Source of the DNA: Bdellovibrionales bacterium
GTDB lineage: Archaea > Nanobdellota > Nanobdellia > Woesearchaeales > UBA583
Assembly: GCA_964217375.1 (NCBI GenBank)
Contig: CAXPJQ010000059.1
Span: forward strand, 11,208-75,207
Length of the DNA: 64,000 nt
Reading direction: 5' to 3'
Of the stretch, positions 54,247 to 63,418 are shown one piece after another (the first letter of the stretch is position 1; every line of letters begins with the position of its first letter). Under the pieces are notes generated by a model that worked only from the letters and a program-made list of their open reading frames with translations, had not been told where the DNA came from and did not search any database. A program made the position numbers and the translations under genes.

Positions 54247-55797
54247 ATGACTATTGAATCTAATAAAGAATTAATATATTCATTATCTGAAATTGAAAGA
54301 AAAATTCTAAAATATTTAGAAAATACTAATTCAATTGAAGATGTTTCTAATAATTCAAAACTCTCTATTGCAGAAACTACAACTGCAATTCAACTTCTTG
54401 AACAAAGAGATTTAACTAAATTCCTAAAAGAAGAAAAAACAGTAATTATCTTAGATAAATTTGGGATTTTATTTTCTAAAACAGATTTACCTGAAGCCCA
54501 AGTTTTAAAAAACCTTGAAAAAAAATCAAAATCAATGAATGAATTTCAAAAAGAAATAATTAGTTCTGCAATGGGTGAACTTAAAAAAAATCAACTTGTA
54601 AATTCCAATAAAACAGCTCAAGGAATTGAATTAGAAATTACTCAAAAAGGAAAAGATTTCTTGAAATCATATACTAATCCATTAACTCAATTTGAAAATG
54701 GTATTGAAAAAGAAAATTTAACAAAAAATCAACTAGAAATTTTAAATTCATTTAAACAAAGAAAAGGATTTCTAAAAGAAGATGTTAAAAAAAGTTTTAG
54801 TTTTGAGTTAACAAAAAAAGGTTTAGAAATCGTAAAAGAATTCAAAAAAAAATATTCAAACATTAACCTTCTTGAAACTCTCTCTCAAGATGATTTAAAA
54901 ACGGGAAATTGGAAAAATAAAGAATTCAGACACTATGACATTAATGTTCAAACAAGTATCCCTCAAATTGGGAGATTACATCCAATGCTTGAGGCAAATG
55001 ACATTTTATCAAAAGTATTTATTGAAATGGGATTTAAAGAAATGCAAGGGCCAATGGTTGAGAGTGCATTTTGGAACATGGACTCAATGTGGATCCCTCA
55101 AGACCACCCTGCAAGAGATGAACAAGATACATTCTATTTAGAAGATGAATGTGAATTACCTCAAGATTATGTTAATAAAGTAAAAGAAATGCATGAGAGT
55201 GGACTTAAAAAAACACATACTCCTAAAGGAGAATTCTCTCAAAAAATTACTTCAAAACAATTACTTAGAACTCATTCCACTTCAACTTCATTTAGAACTC
55301 TTGCAGACCTTGGTAAAAAATTGAAAAATAAAGAGAATATTAATGGAAAATATTTTTATCTTGCAAATGTATTTAGAAATGAAGCAGTTGATGCAACTCA
55401 CCTTGCTGAATTTTATCAAGGGGAAGGGTTTATTATTGGAGATGATTTATCTCTAGCTGATTTAATGGGTTTTGTTAAACAGTATCTAGCTAAATTAGGT
55501 TTTGATAAAATTAAATTCAAACCAACATTTAACCCCTACACTGAACCCTCAATGGAGGCACACTACTATGACCCTGAGATTGGAAAATGGTATGCTCTAA
55601 TTAATTCTGGAATATTTAGACCTGAGACATTAAAACCTTTTGGACTTGAAAATAAAACAATTATTGCATGGGGATTTGGAGCTTCAAGAATTGCAGCAAA
55701 GCTTGCAAATAAAGAATCAATGAGAGATATCACTGGAACAACTTGTGATTTAGAATGGTTAAAAACAAGAGAGCAGATGCAAAGGAGGTTAAATTAA
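54247..55797 (+). CDS. pheS: phenylalanine--tRNA ligase alpha subunit (archaeal/eukaryotic type)
   Basis: N-terminal winged-helix repeats, then the class II core with motif 1 'LHPMLEANDILSKVFIEMGFKEMQGP', motif 2 region 'LLRTHSTSTSFR', and motif 3 'IAWGFGASRIA'. 516 aa. Confidence 0.85.
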   Translation: MTIESNKELIYSLSEIERKILKYLENTNSIEDVSNNSKLSIAETTTAIQLLEQRDLTKFLKEEKTVIILDKFGILFSKTDLPEAQVLKNLEKKSKSMNEFQKEIISSAMGELKKNQLVNSNKTAQGIELEITQKGKDFLKSYTNPLTQFENGIEKENLTKNQLEILNSFKQRKGFLKEDVKKSFSFELTKKGLEIVKEFKKKYSNINLLETLSQDDLKTGNWKNKEFRHYDINVQTSIPQIGRLHPMLEANDILSKVFIEMGFKEMQGPMVESAFWNMDSMWIPQDHPARDEQDTFYLEDECELPQDYVNKVKEMHESGLKKTHTPKGEFSQKITSKQLLRTHSTSTSFRTLADLGKKLKNKENINGKYFYLANVFRNEAVDATHLAEFYQGEGFIIGDDLSLADLMGFVKQYLAKLGFDKIKFKPTFNPYTEPSMEAHYYDPEIGKWYALINSGIFRPETLKPFGLENKTIIAWGFGASRIAAKLANKESMRDITGTTCDLEWLKTREQMQRRLN

Positions 55798-55799
55798 AA

Positions 55800-57476
55800 A
55801 TGGTATATGTATATAGTAAAAAGTCAGAGTTGAACAAACATTTAAAACAAGAACTAACAACTGAACAAATTAAAGAAACTTTAATTGATCTTGGGATGGA
55901 TTTGAAAGGAGAATCAAGTGATAAAGATCCTGAATTAAAAATTGAAATTACTGCTGAGAAATTAGATATGATTTCAACAATTGGAATTGCAAGAGCAATT
56001 AATTTCCATAGAGGTTTTCTAAAAGAGTTACCTAAATATTCTATTAAAAATTCAAACCTTGAATTAAATGTTAAAGAGAGTGCAAATAAAGTTAGACCTA
56101 AAACTGTTTGTTGTTTAATTAAAAATGCTCCAATGAATGAAGAACTTTTAAATGAAATGATTACAATCCAGGAAAAAATTCATGACTCTTTTGGAAGACA
56201 TAGAAAAAAAGCTGCAATTGGAATTTATCCAATGGAAAAAATTGAATTCCCAGTTACCTTTGCTGCAGAAAAACCTGAAAATATTATTTTTCAACCACTT
56301 GAATCACAAGTAGAATTAAATGGACTTGAAATTTTAGAAAAACACGAAACAGGTAAAAAGTTTGCCCACCTTCTAAAAGATAAAGAATTCTTTCCAGTAT
56401 TTAGAGATAACTCTGGAAAAATCTTATCAATGCCTCCAATTATTAATTCTCATGACACAGGTAGAGTTGAGAGTCATCATAAAGATTTATTTATTGAAGT
56501 CTCAGGCCACAATTTAAATCATTTAGATAACATATTAAAAGTTCTTGCAACAACATTTGTTGAATTTGGATGTGAGGTTGAATCAATTAAAGTTAACTAT
56601 TCAGATAAATCTACTTATGAGTTATCTCTTGATTCTACAACTGATACAATTTCTCTTGAATATGTAAATAAACTAATTGGAGTTAATCTAAAAGAAGATG
56701 AAATAAAAAATCTACTTCCAAAAGTTCAATATCAATGTAAAGCAATTAAAGAGGGTGAAATTATTGTTGAAGTTCCATGTTACAAATCTGATGTATTTTA
56801 TGACTGTGACATAGCTGATGATATTGCAAGAGCATATGGATATAACAATATTATTCCTAAATTCCCAACAATTGATTCCCTAGGTGAGGAACTTGATATT
56901 ACTAATTTTAGAAATCAAATTAGATCTCAATTAGTTTCTTTAGGATTTCTAGAATTATATACATACATGCTCACATCAACTAAAGATCAATTTGAGTTAA
57001 TGAATTTAGAAATTGAAAAAGAAATAATTAAAATCAATGATTCAGCAGAAGAAGGAATTAATATGGTAAGAACATGGATTCTTCCTGAGAATTTAAAATC
57101 TTTAACAATTAATAGAAAAAATAAATATCCTCAAAAAGTTTTTGAATGTGGGTTTACAATTCAAAAAGATAAATCTCAAGAAACAAAAGCAAGAAATGAA
57201 TTACATCTAAGTGTATCAATTGCAGATCCTCAATCTAATTACACAAAAATAAAAGAAATAATTGATACTCTAAATACTTTAAATAACTGGAATTTAAAAT
57301 TTGAAAAATTAAAACATAACTCTTTTATTGAAGGTAGATGTGCAAAAATTATATTTAAAGGTCAAGAAGTTGGATTTCTTGGGGAATTAAATCCTAAAGT
57401 TTTAGAAAATAATAACTTAATTGTACCAATTTCATCATTAGAGTTAAATATTGAAAAAATATTTAATTTGAAATAA
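55800..57476 (+). CDS. pheT: phenylalanine--tRNA ligase beta subunit (archaeal type); start reassigned to ATG 55800 ('MVYVYSKK…')
   Basis: The ORF-track start at 55755 would overlap pheS by 43 nt. The ATG at 55800 lies 2 nt after the pheS stop and 9 nt after 'aggagg' (55785-55790). B3/B4 and B5 features are present ('SMPPIINSHDTG', 'DIADDIARAYGYNNI'). It also has the C-terminal catalytic-like domain typical of archaeal PheT. Confidence 0.8.
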   Translation: MVYVYSKKSELNKHLKQELTTEQIKETLIDLGMDLKGESSDKDPELKIEITAEKLDMISTIGIARAINFHRGFLKELPKYSIKNSNLELNVKESANKVRPKTVCCLIKNAPMNEELLNEMITIQEKIHDSFGRHRKKAAIGIYPMEKIEFPVTFAAEKPENIIFQPLESQVELNGLEILEKHETGKKFAHLLKDKEFFPVFRDNSGKILSMPPIINSHDTGRVESHHKDLFIEVSGHNLNHLDNILKVLATTFVEFGCEVESIKVNYSDKSTYELSLDSTTDTISLEYVNKLIGVNLKEDEIKNLLPKVQYQCKAIKEGEIIVEVPCYKSDVFYDCDIADDIARAYGYNNIIPKFPTIDSLGEELDITNFRNQIRSQLVSLGFLELYTYMLTSTKDQFELMNLEIEKEIIKINDSAEEGINMVRTWILPENLKSLTINRKNKYPQKVFECGFTIQKDKSQETKARNELHLSVSIADPQSNYTKIKEIIDTLNTLNNWNLKFEKLKHNSFIEGRCAKIIFKGQEVGFLGELNPKVLENNNLIVPISSLELNIEKIFNLK

Positions 57477-58910
57477 TTAATCTTTTTTCTTTTTTCCCTT
57501 TTTATTTTCTTGAGTTTTAAGTAATGTAAATGAATGATGTAGCGGCGTTCTAATTTTAACTGATTTAAAAAAATTAATATCTTTATCAATAATATCCTGA
57601 GTAATTCCAATTTGTTTAAAGTAATTATCATTTGAAAATTTAGGCGGAGATATTTTTCCTTCTTGAGATTTAAACCAAGAAATCTGAGCCTTAACATAGT
57701 TATCTTTTAATGGTTCTTCTTGTTTTGAATTCCATTCCTTAATTAAGTCTTCAATTGTTTCATATGTCCAATTAATTGAAGTTAAATAAGTTAAAAGAAG
57801 AAATAACGCTCTTTTTTTTCCATCAACAAAATTATGTTGCAAAGCAAACTGAATTGTCTCTGGGAAATCTTTTAATTCAATAGTTCCATCAATTTCAAAA
57901 ACTTCCCCTCCTGAAGCTAAAATCATTTTCCCCATACTTTCTCTCTTTCTATTTTGTATAATTGATATTTTCTCCTCTAAATCTCCCGAATCAATATATG
58001 ATCCACCCTCTCCTAAAAATGCATCTTCATCGGGTTCTTCAATTAAATGTAAGATTTTATCTCCATCTTTTCCATATTTTAAATCATACTTTAAAAATTC
58101 AAAGTCAACATATTTACTTGGATCTACATTTTGTGGTTTTGCTTCTTCCTTTTCAAATTCCATCATTCTATTTTTATGTACTGGAATTGAAATTAATCCT
58201 GACTTCTCATTAAATGAATAAGGCGCCCTAAATAAATGTCTTGATGTAATTAAAATTGTATCAATTTCAATTACTTTCATAAAATCAAAGTTATGTGACC
58301 CTTCATCTTTATTTACTAATTCTTCCATTTGGATGTCATACTTTTTAGAAACTCCTTCAATACCCCCATCCCTTTCTAAAATTTGTTTTGAGATCTCTCC
58401 TCTTAATTCATACATTAAAAACATTGCAATTTTTTTTGCAACATCTGGAAACATTAATCTTGTTTCATTTAACCCATTATACTTTGAAAAACTCTCAAAA
58501 GGAAGTGCAATGTGAAATCCTTTATTTCCTGAAAATTTCACAGATACATTTTGTATTCCAATTTTTGTAAAGTAATCAATTATAATTTTCCCAACAATTT
58601 GAGAATATTCAAAACAAACTCCATCTAAATCTAAAATCAAATCCCATCCAAGCCTATTATCATCTCTTTCTGAGGGTTTTTTTTCAGAACCTAGAATAAG
58701 TGCATTAAGCCATCTCTCTTCAGAGCAATGAAATGATCTAACTCCTTTATTAATTAATTGCTGTAAATCAAATTTATTTTCTATAACATCAGGTCTTTTC
58801 CCAAAATACCCATCAAACATTACACCAATTTCTCTATCTTTTGCAAAATGTAAAATTCTCTCTTGAATATCTTCTCTTGAGTAAAATTCTTTTGCTAAAG
58901 ATTCATCCAT
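57477..58910 (-). CDS. priS: DNA primase catalytic subunit PriS (AEP superfamily) with ~130-aa C-terminal helical extension
   Basis: N-terminal 'REIGVMFDGYFGKRPDVIENKFDLQQLINKGVRSFHCSEERW' parallels archaeal p41 'REFGF…R…YSDIRDLEDYI…YSSVAFY'. Motif I 'WDLILDLDGV' (D-x-D) and motif II 'FSGNKGFHIALPF' (SGxRG-H). At 477 aa it is longer than the ~330-350 aa canonical length. The extension has no Cys, so no PriL-type Fe-S domain. Confidence 0.6.
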   Translation of the reverse strand: MDESLAKEFYSREDIQERILHFAKDREIGVMFDGYFGKRPDVIENKFDLQQLINKGVRSFHCSEERWLNALILGSEKKPSERDDNRLGWDLILDLDGVCFEYSQIVGKIIIDYFTKIGIQNVSVKFSGNKGFHIALPFESFSKYNGLNETRLMFPDVAKKIAMFLMYELRGEISKQILERDGGIEGVSKKYDIQMEELVNKDEGSHNFDFMKVIEIDTILITSRHLFRAPYSFNEKSGLISIPVHKNRMMEFEKEEAKPQNVDPSKYVDFEFLKYDLKYGKDGDKILHLIEEPDEDAFLGEGGSYIDSGDLEEKISIIQNRKRESMGKMILASGGEVFEIDGTIELKDFPETIQFALQHNFVDGKKRALFLLLTYLTSINWTYETIEDLIKEWNSKQEEPLKDNYVKAQISWFKSQEGKISPPKFSNDNYFKQIGITQDIIDKDINFFKSVKIRTPLHHSFTLLKTQENKKGKKKKD

Positions 58911-59016
58911 TATATAATTATCAAGAAAATATTGTTTAAAAAGTTAATGTCTTATATAAGTAGAAAAAGTTATAAATAAAATAATTTATTTCTTAATTAA
59001 CTCTTCTTAATCTTAA

Positions 59017-59091
59017 GAGCTATTAGCTCAGTCTGGTTAGAGCGACGGACTCTTAATCCGTAGGCCGCGGGTTCAAATCCCGTATAGCTCG
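59017..59091 (+). tRNA. tRNA-Lys (anticodon CUU), no encoded CCA
   Basis: Hand-folded cloverleaf. Acceptor GAGCTAT/ATAGCTC, D-stem GCTC/GAGC, anticodon stem ACGGA/TCCGT with loop CT-CTT-AA, T-stem GCGGG/CCCGT with loop TTCAAAT, and discriminator G. It is followed by T9, a likely terminator. Confidence 0.85.
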
Positions 59092-59100
59092 CTTTTTTTT
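59092..59100 (+). terminator. oligo-T tract downstream of tRNA-Lys (archaeal intrinsic termination signal)
   Basis: 'cttttttttt' lies immediately after the discriminator base. Confidence 0.4.
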
Positions 59101-59146
59101 AGTTTCTCAAATAAATTTAAATAATATTAAATATATAACTTTTAAT

Positions 59147-59791
59147 ATGGAAAAAATAATTTTTTTTGACTGGGATGGAACTCTTTGTTCAACTAGAGTC
59201 TCAGAACAAGCAAATGTTAAAAGAACTCAATTTTTCAACTCTCAACTAACTGAGAAAGAATTAATTAAATTACAACATAATAACAATAATAATCACTATA
59301 AATTAATTCAAGAAATAATTTCATCAAAACTTGGAGTTGAAATACCTGAAGTTACAAAGACAATCCAAGCAATTTTATTTGGAAACTTCTACATTCAAGA
59401 ATTTAGAAAAGAAGATTTATTATTTAATGTAGAAGAATTTAAAAAATTTAAAGAAAAAAATAACTTAAAATTTGTAATTGCAACATCTCTATGGGAGGGT
59501 GCAATTAAAGCATCTCTTAAAAAAGCAAACATTGAAAATTTATTTGATGGTGTATATGCATGCCCTCCAGATTTATCTACAAATAAACTTCAAAACTTAG
59601 AAAGAGCAATTAAAAATACACCTGGGACTCCCCTAGTTATGATTGGAGATCGTGGAGAAGATATTAATGCTGGTAAAGAATTTAATTTATCCACTATATT
59701 TTGTAACTATGGACATGGGCAAATTGAAAATGCAACATATTGTATTGAATCTCCAAAAGAACTTTTAGGTGTAACAAAGAAATTAATTTAA
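59147..59791 (+). CDS. HAD-superfamily hydrolase
   Basis: Motif I 'IIFFDWDGTLCS'. C-terminal 'MIGDRGEDINAGKE' is motif IV (GD-x3-D). Confidence 0.6.
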   Translation: MEKIIFFDWDGTLCSTRVSEQANVKRTQFFNSQLTEKELIKLQHNNNNNHYKLIQEIISSKLGVEIPEVTKTIQAILFGNFYIQEFRKEDLLFNVEEFKKFKEKNNLKFVIATSLWEGAIKASLKKANIENLFDGVYACPPDLSTNKLQNLERAIKNTPGTPLVMIGDRGEDINAGKEFNLSTIFCNYGHGQIENATYCIESPKELLGVTKKLI

Positions 59792-60069
59792 ATTAATTCT
59801 TCATCTGAACCATCATCATTTACTTTATGTAAATGTATACAATTAACTGGACAACTCTCTGCTGCATCCATGTTTGCATCAAAATCTTGAGTTAGAGGTT
59901 CTTGGTTTGTCCCTAAAACTTCTTCCTCTCCATTTCCTGTCTTTGTATGGCCAACAATTGATGACTTCCCATCACTCTCCATTATCCAATATTTTGGACA
60001 AACAGATGCACAAGCTGAACATCCAATACATATATCTCTATCGTGAACTAATTTATATTTATCTACCAT
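59788..60069 (-). CDS. small mono-cluster [4Fe-4S]/[3Fe-4S] ferredoxin
   Basis: 'CIGCSACASVCP' (CxxCxxC…CP) plus the distal 'CPVNCI'. 93 aa with an acidic C-terminus. Confidence 0.65.
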   Translation of the reverse strand: MVDKYKLVHDRDICIGCSACASVCPKYWIMESDGKSSIVGHTKTGNGEEEVLGTNQEPLTQDFDANMDAAESCPVNCIHLHKVNDDGSDEELI

Positions 60070-60117
60070 TTTTATTCCTATTAAAAATAATTAAAGTTTA
60101 ATTATAAAATTTATTAT

Positions 60118-60468
60118 TCATTTCAAAATTTCTTTAAAAGACTCAACTCCTAAATCCACGCAATGATTTTTCCCATCAGGCCACACTCCAATTCTATCTT
60201 TAATTAAATCTGAATTTAAAGAATTAATTTTATCAACTTCTTCCCCAATTAAATATTCACAAAAAACTTCAAATGTTGCAACATTTAATGCACATCCATT
60301 TAATTCATATTTTATATCTAAAAATTTATTATCCTTAATTACTACAAACAAAATTACAACATCCCCACATATTTTTGATTTATAATAAATTCTTTTAGAA
60401 TACTCATCTAAGGTTCCACTAAATTTTGGATCATTTAAAAAATTAATAATATTTTGAGTATATGACAT
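60118..60468 (-). CDS. NifU/IscU/SufU-type Fe-S cluster scaffold protein
   Basis: The three conserved Cys contexts are 'KICGDVV', 'NGCALNVAT' and 'NHCVDLG'. 116 aa. Confidence 0.6.
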   Translation of the reverse strand: MSYTQNIINFLNDPKFSGTLDEYSKRIYYKSKICGDVVILFVVIKDNKFLDIKYELNGCALNVATFEVFCEYLIGEEVDKINSLNSDLIKDRIGVWPDGKNHCVDLGVESFKEILK

Positions 60469-60502
60469 AATAAAATTAATAAATATTAATTTATATAATT
60501 AA

Positions 60503-61234
60503 TTAGAACTCAAATCCTTTTGATTCAATTCTATCTACTAATTCCATTCCCCCCACTTGAATAATTTTTCCATTTTTCATTACATGTACAAAATCAGGTT
60601 TTAAATATTTCAAAATTTTAGAATGATGTGTTACAAGTAAAATTCCCATATTTGTTTTCTCTTTAATTTTTAAAACTTGAGTTGAGAGTAATTTTAAAGC
60701 ATCCACATCAAGCCCTGAATCTAATTCATCAAGAAGTGCAAAATCAGGTTCAAGTAACGATAATTGTAATATCTCTGATCTTTTTTTCTCTCCCCCTGAA
60801 AATCCTACATTAACTGATCTTGTTCTAAATGATGGATCCATGTTTAATTCTTTCATTTTTTCTTTAATCATTTTATGGAAAGCAGTCATTTTCATTTCTT
60901 CCCCTTTAAATGCATTATATGTTGTTCTTAAAAAATTAACAAAAGTTACACCCTCAATTTCAATTGGACTTTGAAAAGATAAAAATACTCCTTGTTTTGC
61001 TCTCTCATTAACATCTAAATCAATCACACTCTCCCCATCATATAATATCTCTCCAGAAACAACATTATATTTTGGTAAACCTAAAATAGAATTTGAAATT
61101 GTTGACTTTCCTGCTCCATTTGGACCCATTAATACATGTATTTCTCCCTTATTTATTTTCAAGTCAATTCCATGTAAAATTTCTTTATCATCAACATTTA
61201 CTTTAAGTTTTTTAAGTTCAATTGATTTAACCAT
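60503..61234 (-). CDS. sufC: Fe-S cluster assembly ATPase SufC
   Basis: Walker A 'LMGPNGAGKSTISNSILG', 'YEVTSGEILYDG'-like 'VVSGEILYDGESV', signature 'FSGGEKKRSEILQL', Walker B 'FALLDELDSGLD', and H-loop 'LVTHH'. 243 aa. Confidence 0.8.
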   Translation of the reverse strand: MVKSIELKKLKVNVDDKEILHGIDLKINKGEIHVLMGPNGAGKSTISNSILGLPKYNVVSGEILYDGESVIDLDVNERAKQGVFLSFQSPIEIEGVTFVNFLRTTYNAFKGEEMKMTAFHKMIKEKMKELNMDPSFRTRSVNVGFSGGEKKRSEILQLSLLEPDFALLDELDSGLDVDALKLLSTQVLKIKEKTNMGILLVTHHSKILKYLKPDFVHVMKNGKIIQVGGMELVDRIESKGFEF

Positions 61235-61322
61235 AATTAAAATAATACTTTTATATTTATAAAAGTTAACGATTGTTAATAAAACAAAATTATATAAAAA
61301 ATAAATACTCTCAAATAAATAT

Positions 61323-61625
61323 ATGACAAATAAATTAAAAATTCATAACAAAAAAGGAGAGTTTGAACAAGAAATTATTCTCTCAGGTAAAAGATCTCTT
61401 CTTGATGATATGCTTGATAATGGAGCTCAAGTTTTCTTTGGATGTATGGGGGGGTCATGTTCTGCATGTAAATGTAAAATTACAAAAGGAATTGAGTATA
61501 TTGACAAAGAAGCAATGGGTGACCAAAGATATGATGACGTAGGTGATGATGAAATTTTAAGTTGTATTGCAAGAGTTAGACAAGATGTTGATGGTAAAGA
61601 CATTGAATTAAATAAATGTTTATAA
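61323..61625 (+). CDS. plant-type [2Fe-2S] ferredoxin-like protein
   Basis: 'CMGGSCSACKCKI' (C-x4-C-x2-C) plus the fourth Cys in 'ILSCIARV'. 100 aa. Confidence 0.55.
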   Translation: MTNKLKIHNKKGEFEQEIILSGKRSLLDDMLDNGAQVFFGCMGGSCSACKCKITKGIEYIDKEAMGDQRYDDVGDDEILSCIARVRQDVDGKDIELNKCL

Positions 61626-61630
61626 AAAAT

Positions 61631-63418
61631 TTATTTATTAAAGAAATAATAAACTTCTCCTCTTTTTGAATATGAATTAAATAATATATTTAAAATGAAA
61701 ATTAAAGTAAATACTCCAACTAAAACTAAAATCTCAAAAATTAAAGAACTAAACCCAACTGAAAATAATAAGACTTTTCTAAGTAGATTCTGCATTGCAA
61801 GATATGGGTTTACATATTCTAAGATATTAACTAAAAAGTTATTTAAAAGTTCTAGAGGCATTATAACACCTGAAGTTAAAAATAAAATAAATAATACAAA
61901 TAATAAAGATAAAAACAGTGACATTTGAGTTTTAACAATTTGTCCAAGGAAAATTCCTATTTGAACAAATACAATTAAAAATAAAAATAATAATAATAAA
62001 ACTACAACTAAATCTATATACATTGATTTAATAAATACAACATAAAATAAAACTGCAATCACTGAAAGTTGTAAATAAAGTAAAAATGTAACTGAGAGTA
62101 CTTGGGAAATTACTACTTTAATTGATGAGGGTGATGCTAAAACATTTCTAATTCTTGACTGTGAAGTTTTTTCTCTATAAGATAATATTGAGGATAAAAA
62201 TAAAGCTAAAATTAAAATTAATGAACCAAATACCATTGGAAATAAAGATGATAAATTTAAATTCTCAGATTTAAATGCATTCTCAATTTTAACATTAACT
62301 GGAGATAATATTTTATCTGAATCTCGAACATCATTTAATCTTGAAGATGCAAGGTTTTGATCAATTTCTAAATTCATTTGATTTAATTCTTGTTTCATTA
62401 AATCAAGATCTGAACTTAATTTTTCTAACTTCTCAATTTGATCCTCTGTTGATTCTCCTAAAAGTTCTTGGGTTCCCTCCAAGTCATCAACTAAAGTTTC
62501 AAGTTCATCAATTAACTGATTTAAATTATAACTATCTCCCCCATATGATTTAATTGTTCTTCTAATTTCAATTAAGTTATCTTCAATGTCTGAGGTTAAC
62601 CTTTTAAGTTGTAAAATTTTTTCTTCAGTTAAATTTGAATTTACAATTAAATTTTCTAAAGTTAAAGTATTATTAAGAGATAAATTAATATCATCTTCAG
62701 TATTTTTAATTAATTTATCTTTTGCATCTTTAATATTTTCAATTCTAGTTTCTAATTTTTCTAAATCTAAATTCTCTGTATTAAAAGCAAGGCTTGATTT
62801 TAAAGATAAAAATTTAATTTCATTTATTAAATCTTGAGTTTGATCTAATTTAGAGATTGTTTCATTATTATGTTTTTTAATTGCTATTAAATAATTTTCC
62901 AAATCAATTGTTGAATTTAAAAAACCATTAATTAAATTTGTTGAGATTTGATATTTACCTCCATCAAGAGATGTCTTTAATATATTTTCAACAACTTCTT
63001 TAACTTGAGTTTTAGAGTTGTCAACTAAAACTTCAATTTCTCTCTCATCTCCAATTTGAATATTTTCAGGGAAAATAATACAACTCTGAGTTCTTGCCTC
63101 TTCAAGTGCAATAAAACATTGCTCCCTTGAATCATATCTTGTAACTAAAAATCCATTTGAATTTAATTCATCTCTAATTTGTAAAAATATAAATGAATCA
63201 TCTGGACTTACAACTCCACTTTGAAAAGAAAAAGAATTTTCATTATAATACATTAAAGTCATTAAAAAAAGTAATATTATTGGTCCAAAAAATAATACAA
63301 AAAAAGATAACTTATTATTAATTAAAATCTTGATATTTTTCTTAAACATTAAAAAAAATTCTTTACCCATTTTTAATAAACCTCTTGAAATGACTTTGAA
63401 CTTGTTTTGGATTCTCAA
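61631..63418 (-). CDS. ABC-2-type transporter permease with large extracytoplasmic coiled-coil domain (YhgE/Pip-like); probable true start at 'MGKEFF', 63370
   Basis: N-terminal TM, a ~350-aa coiled-coil-rich external domain, and a C-terminal 5-TM bundle. The upstream ATPase stop at 63363-63365 makes the downstream ATG at 63368-63370 the likelier start. Confidence 0.5.
   Translation of the reverse strand: MRIQNKFKVISRGLLKMGKEFFLMFKKNIKILINNKLSFFVLFFGPIILLFLMTLMYYNENSFSFQSGVVSPDDSFIFLQIRDELNSNGFLVTRYDSREQCFIALEEARTQSCIIFPENIQIGDEREIEVLVDNSKTQVKEVVENILKTSLDGGKYQISTNLINGFLNSTIDLENYLIAIKKHNNETISKLDQTQDLINEIKFLSLKSSLAFNTENLDLEKLETRIENIKDAKDKLIKNTEDDINLSLNNTLTLENLIVNSNLTEEKILQLKRLTSDIEDNLIEIRRTIKSYGGDSYNLNQLIDELETLVDDLEGTQELLGESTEDQIEKLEKLSSDLDLMKQELNQMNLEIDQNLASSRLNDVRDSDKILSPVNVKIENAFKSENLNLSSLFPMVFGSLILILALFLSSILSYREKTSQSRIRNVLASPSSIKVVISQVLSVTFLLYLQLSVIAVLFYVVFIKSMYIDLVVVLLLLFLFLIVFVQIGIFLGQIVKTQMSLFLSLLFVLFILFLTSGVIMPLELLNNFLVNILEYVNPYLAMQNLLRKVLLFSVGFSSLIFEILVLVGVFTLIFILNILFNSYSKRGEVYYFFNK

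Noticed and set aside
55755-55799. ORF-track start of pheT at 55755 ('MVKNKRADAKEVKLK…'), overlapping pheS by 43 nt
   Set aside because: The extension is in the pheS 3' coding region. The ATG at 55800 is preceded by 'aggagg' and gives the canonical PheT N-terminus.
58911-59016. Explicit promoter call for tRNA-Lys ('ttataaat' at ~58965)
   Set aside because: The TATA-like element is about 45 nt upstream of the mature 5' end. That is farther than the usual archaeal -26 spacing, and the whole spacer is AT-rich, so it is not specific enough to call.
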